Assembly (NCBI RefSeq): GCF_964194025.1
Contig: NW_027452803.1
Span: 1 to 64,000 of the forward strand
Direction: 5' to 3'
Source of the DNA: Convolutriloba macropyga
Lineage: Eukaryota
Length of the DNA stretch: 64,000 nucleotides
Positions 53,980-64,000 of the stretch are shown here, piece by piece. A program made the position numbers and the translations under genes. Numbering within the stretch: position 1 is the stretch's first letter; every line of letters begins with the position of its first letter. The notes under the pieces are model-generated. The model had not been told where the DNA came from and did not search any database. It worked only from the letters and a program-made list of their open reading frames with translations.

Positions 53980-54234
53980 ATAATTTTAAAAACGAACCGT
54001 TGAAAATCAGTTTAAATTGTGAAGTAATGCAGTAAACAAAACTTGACAAATTATCAAACTGAAAGTCAAAAATGATTTCGAGCAGGCTTCACTTACAATA
54101 TACATCAAACTGAAGCAACAAAAAAAACATCAAATCAAATCATGATATTTTTTAGATCAATGTGAACCAAAATAAATAAAGCATTGCCCAAAATCAAGAA
54201 CTCTATCAATCAATTGCGGGAGCTATCGTCGTCA

Positions 54235-54656
54235 TCAAACTTTTCTTTTCGAAGTTTTGTTGGCAAAAGCGTAAGTTTTCCTCCCTCTTAAGGTCAGATG
54301 AATCACATCTTCCCAGAAATTTCTATTCTTGTAGACTAATCGATGAAATTTGAACACCGACAGCTCTGAATTTACTAGCAGATCATTGAAGCTGTTATTG
54401 TAAGAACGATTGGACTTGGATCTTCGTAACACTGTGCGCACAACAACTTTAGGCTGATTCTCATGTTTAGCGATGGCATCAACCAGATCCTTTAATTGTG
54501 CCAATACTGACTCTGGCGCTTCTCCAGGCTCGTTGTACTTGGAGAGATTGTTACCGCCTATGCAAACAATTATCTTCGCGTAAGACTTCATGGTCGTTAG
54601 CAGGTCGTAAAAGTCTTTCACAACGCCTCCAAACAATGAGAAGCTGGAGCAACCAT
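54235..54656 (-). pseudogene. SGNH/GDSL hydrolase, 5'-truncated copy 1
   Basis: FGG (block II), CIGGNNL (block III), EDVIHL (block V); block I absent. Confidence 0.85.
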
Positions 54657-55398
54657 CTTTTGGCGGTCTTCACAACACTAAACCAAAACAGATTTTTTTA
54701 AAAAAAACATCAGTAATTTCATTTAATTGTGCCGGAAAGCAACAGACTCTCTTAGCACTTTTAAAAACATCAAAAACTACAGTAAAGCTGAAACATTCTA
54801 TTTGCTGAAGGTTCTAAAACTTAACTGCACAGGAAACCAACACACTCTCCAGGCAGTTATTTGACAAATTCAAATGGCGGAAAGCAACACACTCTCCTAG
54901 CTTTTTTAAAAATATCAGTAATTACATTTAATTGTGCCGGAAAGCAACACACTCTCTTAGCACTTTTAAAAACGTCAGTAATTACATTAAATTGTGCCGG
55001 AAAGCAACACAATCTTTTACCACTTTCAAAAACATCAAAAATTACAATAAAACTGAAGAATCTGTTTGCTGAAGGATCTAAATTATAACTCCACAGGAAA
55101 GCAACACACTCTCCAGGCAGTTATTTGAGGGAATCAACTGACGATATTTTTAAAAGCGAAACGTTGAAAATCAGTTTAAATTGTGAAATAATGCAGTAAA
55201 CAAAACTTGACAAATTATCAAACTGGAAGTCAAAAATGATTTCGAGCAGGCTTCACTTACAATATACATTAAACTGAAACACCAAAAAATACATCAATTC
55301 AAATCATGATATTTTTTAGATCAATGTGAACCAAAATAAATAAAGCATTGCCCAAAATCAAGAACTCTATCAATCAATTGCGGGAGCTATCGTCGTCA

Positions 55399-55823
55399 TC
55401 AAACATCTCTTTTCAAATTTTTTTTGTTGACAAAAGTGTAAGTTTTCCTCCCTCTTAAGGTCAGATGAATCACATCTTCCCAGAAATTTCTATTCTTGTA
55501 GACTAATCGATGCAATTTGAACACCGACAGCTCTGAATTTACTAGCAGATCATTGAAGCTGTTATTGTAAGAACGATTGGACTTGGATCTTTGTAACACT
55601 GTGCACACAACAACTTTAGGCTGATTCTCATGTTTAGCGATGGCATCAACCAGATCCTTTAATAGTGCCAATACTGACTGTGGCGCTTCTCCAGGTTCGT
55701 TGTACTTGGAGAGATTGTTACCGCCTAAGCAAACAATTATCTTCGCGTAAGACTTCATGGTCGTTAGCAGGTCGTAAAAGTCATTCACAACGCCTCCAAA
55801 CAATGAGAAGCTGGAGCAACCAT
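55399..55823 (-). pseudogene. SGNH hydrolase, 5'-truncated copy 2
   Basis: As copy 1. Confidence 0.85.
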
Positions 55824-56503
55824 CTTTTGGCGGTCTTCACAACACTAAACCAAATCAGATTTTTTTAAAAAAAACATCAGTAATTTCATTTAATTGTGCC
55901 GGAAAGCAACAGACTCTCTTAGCACTTTTAAAAACATCAAAAACTACAGTAAAGCTGAAAAATTCTATTTGCTGAAGGTTCTAAAATTTAACTGCACAGG
56001 AAACCAACACACTCTTCAGGCAGTTATTTGACAAATTCAACTGGCGGAAAGCAACACACTCTCTTAGCACTTTTAAAAACGTCAGTAATTACATTAAATT
56101 GTGCCGGAAAGCAACACAATCTCTTACCACTTTCAAAAACATCAAAAATTACAATAAAACTGAAGAATCTGTTTGCTGAAGGATCTAAATTATAACTCCA
56201 CAGGAAAGCAACACTCTCCAGGCAGTTATTTGAGGGAATCAACTGACGATATTTTTAAAAGCGAACCGTTGAAAATCAGTTTAAATTGTGAAATAATGCA
56301 GTAAACAAAACTTGACAAATTATCAAACTGGAAGTCAAAAATGATTTCGAGCAGGCTTCACTTACAATATACATTAAACTGAAACACCAAAAAAGACATC
56401 AAATCAAATCACGATATTTTTTAGATCAATGTGAACCAAAATAAATAAAGCATTGCCCAAAATCAAGAACTCTATCAATCAATTGCGGGAGCTATCGTCG
56501 TCA

Positions 56504-56928
56504 TCAAACATCTCTTTTCAAAGTTTTTTTGTTGACAAAAGTGTAAGTTTTCCTCCCTCTTAAGGTCAGATGAATCACATCTTCCCAGAAATTTCTATTC
56601 TTGTAGACTAATCGATGAAATTTGAACACCGACAGCTCTGAATTTACTAGCAGATCATTGAAGCTGTTATTGTAGGAACGATTGGACTTGGATCTTCGTA
56701 ACACTGTGCGCACAACAACTTTAGGCTGATTCTCATGTTCAGCGATGGCATCAACCAGATCCTTTAATTGTGCCAATACTGACTCTGGCGCTTCTCCAGG
56801 CTCGTTGTACTTGGAGAGATTGTTACCGCCTATGCAAACAATCATCTTCGCGTAAGACTTCATGGTCGTTAGCAGGTCGTAAAAGTCATTCACAACGCCT
56901 CCAAACAATGAGAAGCTGGAGCAACCAT
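56504..56928 (-). pseudogene. SGNH hydrolase, 5'-truncated copy 3
   Basis: As copy 1. Confidence 0.85.
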
Positions 56929-57671
56929 CTTTTGGCGGTCTTCACAACACTAAACCAAATCAGATTTTTTTAAAAAAAAACATCAGTAATTTCATTTAAT
57001 TGTGCCGGAAAGCAACAGACTCTCTTAGCACTTTTAAAAACATCAAAAACTACAGTAAAGCTGAAAAATACTATTTGCTGAAGGTTCTAAAACTTAACTG
57101 CACAGGAAACCAACACACTCTCCAGGCAGTTATTTGACAAATTCAACTGGCCGAAAGCAACACACTCTCCTAGCTTTTTTAAAAATATCAGTAATTACAT
57201 TTAATTGTGCCGGAAAGCAACACACTCTCTTAGCACTTTTAAAAACGTCAGTAATTACATTAAATTGTGCCAGAAAGCAACACAATCTTTTACCACTTTC
57301 AAAAACATCAAAAATTACAATAAAACTGAAGAATCTGTTTGCTGAAGGATCTAAATTATAACTCCACAGGAAAGCAACACACTCTCCAGGCAGTTATTTG
57401 AGGGAATCAACTGACGATATTTTTAAAAGCGAACCGTTGAAAATCAGTTTAAATTGTGAAATAATGCAGTAAACAAAACTTGACAAATTATCAAACTGGA
57501 AGTCAAAAATGATTTCGAGCAGGCTTCACTTACAATATACATTAAACTGAAACACCAAAAAATACATCAAATCAAATCATGATATTTTTTAGATCAATGT
57601 GAACCAAAATAAATAAAGCATTGCCCAAAATCAAGAACTCTATCAATCAATTGCGGGAGCTATCGTCGTCA

Positions 57672-58096
57672 TCAAACATCTCTTTTCAAAGTTTTTTTGT
57701 TGGCAAAAGTGTAAGTTTTCCTCCCTCTTAAGGTCAGATGAATCACATCTTCCCAGAAATTTCTATTCTTGTAGACTATTCGATGCAATTTGAACACCGA
57801 CAGCTCTGAATTTACTAGCAGATCATTGAAGCTGTTATTGTAAGAACGATTGGACTTGGATCTTTGTAACACTGTGCACACAACAACTTTAGGCTGATTC
57901 TCATGTTTAGCGATGGCATCAACCAGATCCTTTAAAAGTGCCAATACTGACTCTGGCGCTTCTCCAGGTTCGTTGTAATTGGAGAGATTGTTACCGCCTA
58001 AGCAAACAATTATCTTCGCGTAAGACTTCATGGTCGTTAGCAGGTTGTAAAAGTCATTCACAACGCCTCCAAACAATGAGAAGCTGGAGCAACCAT
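57672..58096 (-). pseudogene. SGNH hydrolase, 5'-truncated copy 4
   Basis: As copy 1. Confidence 0.85.
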
Positions 58097-58838
58097 CTTT
58101 TGGCGGTCTTCACAACACTAAACCAAATCAGATTTTTTTTAAAAAAAACATCAGTAATTTCATTTAATTGTGCCGGAAAGCAACAGACTCTCTTAGCACT
58201 TTTAAAAACATCAAAAACTACAGTAAAGCTGAAAAATTCTATTTGCTGAAGCTTCTAAAATTTAACTGCACAGGAAACCAACACACTCTCCAGGCAGTTA
58301 TTTGACAAATTCAACTGGCGGAAAGCAACACACTCTCCTAGCTTTTTTAAAAATATCAGTAATTACATTTAATTGTGCCGGAAAGCAACACACTCTCTTA
58401 GCACTTTTAAAAACGTCAGTAATTACCTTAAATTGTGCCGGAAAGCAACACAATCTCTTACCACTTTCAAAAACATCAAAAATTACAATAAAACTGAAGA
58501 ATCTGTTTGCTGAAGGATCTAAATTATAACTCCACAGGAAAGCAACACACTCTCCAGACAGTTATTTGAGGGAATCAACTGACGATATTTTTAAAAGCGA
58601 ACCGTTGAAAATCAGTTTAAATTGTGAAATAATGCAGTAAACAAAACTTGACAAATTATCAAACTGGAAGTCAAAAATGATTTCGAGCAGGCTTCACTTA
58701 CAATATACATTAAACTGAAACACCAAAAAATACATCAATTCAAATCATGATATTTTTTAGATCAATGTGAACCAAAATAAATAAAGCATTGCCCAAAATC
58801 AAGAACTCTATCAATCAATTGCGGGAGCTATCGTCGTC

Positions 58839-59488
58839 ATCAAACATCTCTTTTCAAAGTTTTTTTGTTGGCAAAAGTGTAAGTTTTCTTCCCTCTTAAG
58901 GTCAGATGAATCACATCTTCCTAGAAATTTCTATTCTTGTAGACTAATCGATGCAATTTGAACACCCACCGACAGCTCTGAATTTACTAGCAGATCATGG
59001 AAGCTGTTATTGTAAGAACGATTGGACTTGGATCTTTGTAACACTGTGCACACAACAACTTTAGGCTGATTCTCATGTTTAGCGATGGCATCAACCAGAT
59101 CCTTTAATAGTGCCAATACTGACTCTGGCGCTTCTCCAGGTTCGTTGTACTTGGAGAGATTGTTACCGCCTAAGCAAACTTTTATCTTCGCGTAAGACTT
59201 CATGGTCGGTAGCAGGCCGTAAAAGTCATTCACAACGCCTCCAAACAAGGAGAAGGTGGAACAACCATTGAGGCCATTGTTGTCAACGATTGAATAGCCA
59301 ATTAGTGCAGTTTCGACAGCAATTTCGTTCACGAAATTCGTGCATAGGAACCCTTTAGTTTTTCCCCTGACGGTCTCTTTCTTGATACGGCCTTGTAACT
59401 GCTGAGCCGAGAAAGTCTCTTTAAACCTCTTTCGTTGAGCAACATCAAGATTACTAGCAAAGGGTTCACCAATTCTCTTTGAGTTCAT
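58839..59488 (-). pseudogene. SGNH hydrolase, full-length copy with a 4-bp frameshift
   Basis: ATG 59488 just after a ttttcttctag acceptor; basic N-terminus; TALIGYSIV (block I, GDS to GYS); GGNNL; a cacc duplication at ~58963-58970 shifts the frame before DVIHL. Confidence 0.85.
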
Positions 59489-59758
59489 GGTTTTACCTAG
59501 AAGAAAAGAAATCAGTAAAAATAGCCCGTCAGGCGAGTCGAAAAAGTAGTCCTACTTGTATACATAAACACTCAATTTTAACACTGGTGCGGTAACCAAT
59601 GAACATTGGAGAGGAAATTCCATGGAAAATATACACATCAAAAATCAAAAATTTTTAATCTGCCAAATCAATGTGGACTGGGTTAGCCGCGACCATCAGG
59701 CCGAGGGTATCAGTAAATTAAAAATGACCAGTTGGAACAACACTTCCATGACCTCAAC

Positions 59759-60590
59759 AAACATTGAACAGGAAAGCAGCCAAAATGTGATCTTTTTCTA
59801 GTTCAAACAGTAAAAAATTTAGTATTTCATACGGAAATTTGCGATTATTTCGAACAAATTGCGATTATAGAGTTTTAAAATTAGGTCTTTTTCATCGCGT
59901 CAAGAAGTAGTCCAAATTGAACCAAACTCGGTATGCAGTATCACCAGTGTATTTAGAAGGTAAAACGAAAAAAAATTTTGGTATAGCTTGCCTAGGAAAA
60001 AAAATTGACAGCTTGCCTAGGAAAAATGAAGTATCACCAGTGTAATTAGAGTTTAAAAAAAAGGATTTTTGGTATAGCTTGAATAGGAAAAAAAATTGAC
60101 AGCTTGCCTAGGAAAAATGAAGTATCACCAGTGTAATTAGAGTTTAAAACGAAAAGTATTTTTGGTATAGCTTGAATAGGAAAAAAGTTAGTCTTTCATA
60201 AGGAAATTTTCGAATTGCGCGATTAGCGAAATTTAACTATAGTTATTTTTGATTGGGTCAAGATGTACATCTTGACCGAATCAAAAAAGGCTATAGTTAA
60301 ATTTCGCTAATCGCGAAATTCGCTAATTTCCTTATGAAAAACTAACTTTTTTCCTATTCAAGGTATACCAAAAATACTTTTTGTTTTACAATCTAATTAC
60401 ACTGGTGATACTGCATACCGAGTTTGGTTCAATTTGGACAACTTCTTGACCCGATGAAAACGAATTATTTTTAAAATTCTATAATCGCAATTTATTCGAA
60501 ATAATCGCAAATTTTTGTATGAAATACTAAATTTTTTCCTGTTTGAACTAGAAAAAATTCACAATATGGCTGCTTTCCTATTCAAAGTTG
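59759..60590. repeat. Spacerless inverted repeat (fold-back), centre 60266/60267
   Basis: Centre gtcaagatgt|acatcttgac; outer arms ttgaacaggaaagcagcc...ctagttcaaacag vs ctgtttgaactag...ggctgctttcctattcaa. The left arm has an internal re-duplication. Confidence 0.9.
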
Positions 60591-60599
60591 GTCAATAAA

Positions 60600-62768
60600 T
60601 CTGCCGGAAAGCAACGCACTCTCCTAGAACTTTTAAAAACATCAAAAATTACAATAAAGCTGAAGATTCTATTTGCTGAAGGTTCTAAACTCTAACTGCA
60701 CAGGAAAGCAACACACTCCCTAGGCAGTTATTTGAGGGATTCAACTGACGGAATGCTACACACTCTCCTAGCACTTTTAAAAACGTCAGTAATTACATTA
60801 AAATGTGCCGGAAAGCAACACAATCTCTTATCAATTTCAAAAACATCAAAAATTACAATAAAGCTGAAGATTCTATTTGCTGGAGGTTCTAAACTCTAAC
60901 TGCACAGGAAAGCAACACACTCTCTAGGCAGTTATTTGAAGGATTCAACTGACGGAATGCAACACACTCTCCTAGCACTTTTAAAAACGTCAGTAATTCC
61001 ATTAAATTGTGCCGGAAAGCAACACAATCTCTTACCAATTTCAAAAACATCAAAAATTACAATAAAGCTGAACATTCTATTTGCTGAAGGTTCGAAAAAA
61101 TAACTGCACAGGAAAGCAACACCTTCTCCAGGCAGTTATTTGTGGGATTCAACTGACGGAATGCAACACACTCTCCTAGCACTTTTGAAAACGTCAATAA
61201 TTACAATAAATTGTGCCGGAAAGCAACACAGTCTCTTACCAATTTCAAAAACATCAAAAATTACAATAAAGCTGAAGATTCTATTTGCTGAAGGTTCTAA
61301 ACTCTAACTGCACAGGAAAGCAACACAATCTCTAGGCAGTTATTTGAGGGATTCAACTGACGGAATGCAACACACTCTCCTAGCACTTTTGAAAACGTCA
61401 ATAATTACAATAAATTGTGCCGGAAAGCAACATAGTCTCTTACCAATTTCAAAAACATCAAAAATTACAATAAAGCTGAAGATTCTATTTGCTGAATGTT
61501 ATAAACGTTAACTGCACAGGAAAACAACACACTCTCCAGGCAGTTATTTGAGGGATTCAACTGACGGAATGCAAAAAAACTCTTCTAGCACTTTTAAAAA
61601 CGTCAGTAATTACATTTAATTGTGCCGGAAAGCAACACAGTCTCTTACCAATTTCAAAAACATCAAAAATTACAATAAAGCTGAAGATTCTATTTGCTGA
61701 AGGTTCTAAACTCTAACTGCACAGGAAAGCAACACACTCTCTAGGCAGTTATTTGTGGGATTCAACTGACGGAATGCAACACACTCTCCTAGCACTTTTA
61801 AAAACGTCAGTAATTACGTTAAATTGTGCCCGAAAGCAACACAATCTCTTACCAATTTCAAAAACATCAAAAATTACAATAAAGCTGAAGATTCTATTTG
61901 CTGAAGGTTCTAAACTCTAACTGCACAGGAAAGCAACACACTCTCTAGGCAGTTATTTGAGGGATTCAACTGACGGAATGCAACACACTCTCCTAGCACT
62001 TTTGAAAACGTCAGTAATTACATTAAATTGTGCTGCAAAGCAACACAACCTCTTAACAGTTTTAAAAACATCAAAAATTACAATAAAGCTGAAGATTCTT
62101 ATTGCTGAATGTTATAAACGTTAACTGCACAGGAAAACAGCACACTCTCCAGGCAGTTATTTGAGGGATTCAACTGACGGAATGCAAAAAACTCTTCTAG
62201 CACTTTTAAAAACGTCGGTAATTACATTTAATTGTGCCGGAAAGCAACACACTCTCTTAGCACTTTTAAAAACATCAAAAATTACAATAAAGCTGAAGAT
62301 TCTATTTGCTGAATGTTATAAACGTTAACTGCACAATAAAGCAAAACATTCTCCAGGCAGTTATTTGAAGGATTAAACTGACGGAATGCAACACACTCTC
62401 CTAGCACCTTTAAAATCATCAGTAATTACATTTAATTGTGCCGGAAAGCAACACACTCAATTAGCACTTTTAAAAACATCAAAAATTACAATAAAGCTTA
62501 AGATTCTATTTGCTGAATGTTATAAACGTTAACTGCACAATAAAGCAAAACATTCTCCAGGCAGTTATTTGAAGGATTAAACTGACGGAATGCAACACAC
62601 TCTCCTAGCACCTTTAAAATCATCAGTAATTACATTTAATTGTGCCGGAAAGCAACACACTCAATTAGCACTTTTAAAAACATCAAAAATTACAATAAAG
62701 CTTAAGATTCTATTTGCTGAAGGTTCTAAAATCTAACTGCACAGGAAAGCAACACACCCTCCAAGCAG
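60600..62768. repeat. Second ~204-bp satellite array (~10-11 monomers)
   Basis: Same monomer as 48440-53979. Confidence 0.96.
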
Positions 62769-62891
62769 GACTTTAGGTACACGATGAAAACGATGAAAAA
62801 GACCTATTTTTAAATTTCACTAATCGCGAAATACGCAAATTTCCGTATGAAAAACTAATTTATTTTCTTAGGCAAGCTATAGCACAATTTT

Positions 62892-63561
62892 TCAAACATC
62901 TCTTTTCAAAGTTTTTTTGTTGGCAAAAGTGTAAGTTTTCTTCCCTCTTAAGGTCAGATGAATCACATCTTCCTAGAAATTTCTATTCTTGTAGACTAAT
63001 CGATGCAATTTGAACACCCACCGACAGCTCTGAATTTACTAGCAGATCATGGAAGCTGTTATTGTAAGAACGATTGGACTTGGATCTTCGTAACACTGTG
63101 CACACATCAACTTTAGGCTGATTCTCATGTTAAGCGACGGCATCAACCAGAACCTTTAATTGTGCCAATACTGATTCTGGCGCTTCTCCAGGTTCGTTGT
63201 ACTTGGAAAGATTGTTACAGCCTAAGCAAACAATTATCTTCGTGCAAGACTTCATGGTCGTTAGCAGGCCGTAAAAGTCATTCACAACGCCTCCAAACAA
63301 TGAGAAGTGGAACAATCATTGAGGCCATTGTTGTCAACGATTGAATAGCCAATTAGTGCAGTTTCGACAGCAATTTCCTTAACGAAATTCGTGCATAGAA
63401 ACTTTTTAGTTTTTCCCCTTACGGTCTCTTTCTTGATACAACCTTGTAACTGCTGAGCCCAGAAAGTCTCTTTAAACCTCTTTCGTTGCGCAACATCAGG
63501 ATTACTAGCAAAGGGTTCACCAATTCACCTTTGAGTTCAAAGGGTTCACCTTTGAGTTCAT
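62892..63561 (-). pseudogene. SGNH hydrolase, further-decayed full-length copy
   Basis: Duplicate of 58840-59488 that shares the cacc frameshift and has extra indels and stops. Confidence 0.85.
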
Positions 63562-64000
63562 GGTTTTACCTAGAAGAAAAGAAATCCGTAAAAATAGCCC
63601 GTCAGGCGAGTCGAAAAAGTAGTCCTACTTGTATACATAAACACTCAATTTTAACACTGGTTCGGTTACCAATGAACATTGAAGAGGAAATTCCGTGGAA
63701 AATATACACATCAAAAATCAAAAATTTTTAATCTGCCAAATCAATGTGAACTGGGTTAGCCGCGACCATCAGGCCGAGGGTATCAGTAAATTAAAAATGA
63801 CCAGTTGGAACAACACTTCCATGACCTCAACAAACATTGAACAGGAAAGCAGCCAAAATGTGATCTTTTTCTAGTTCAAACAGTAAAAAATTTAGTATTT
63901 CATACGGAAATTTGCGATTATTTCGAACAAATTGCGATTATAGAGTTTTAAAATTAGGTCTTTTTCATCGCGTCAAGAAGTAGTCCAAATTGAACCAAAC

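Larger units (their letters stand above)
53980..59268. repeat. Tandem ~1.1-1.17-kb units (short satellite + spacer + SGNH 3' part)
   Basis: Identical junction gcaaccat|cttttggcgg at ~54656, 55823, 56928 and 58096. Confidence 0.96.

Noticed and set aside
54498-58529. Plus-strand ORFs MPILTLALLQ... and MTNS.GGKQHTLL...
   Set aside because: Antisense shadows of the SGNH copies, or translations of the satellite.

Overview
AT-rich, repeat-dominated eukaryotic DNA (probably an invertebrate; species not determinable) with no intact, recognisable host gene. From left to right: (1) a ~2.8-kb tandem triplication carrying small CCCG-ended MITEs (3.7-11.4 kb); (2) two complete but decayed BEL/Pao LTR retrotransposons with 5-bp TSDs (17245-24806, minus; 25451-36254, plus). 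The second has a ~4.5-kb leader built from three related tandem arrays, the last being an array of AGGTCA half-sites; (3) from ~37 kb to the window end, a large decayed block whose genes nearly all lie on the minus strand. It holds a CACTA/EnSpm (CMC)-type DDE transposase in frame with an N-terminal Suv4-20/KMT5B-like SET domain, several broken accessory ORFs, a tandemly amplified SGNH hydrolase, and repeat arrays that share one GCAACAC(A/G)C(C/T)CTC motif. The SET-CACTA transposase fusion, probably within a giant cargo-carrying DNA transposon, is the best candidate for an undescribed system. All calls are by-eye motif recognition; no database searches were run.
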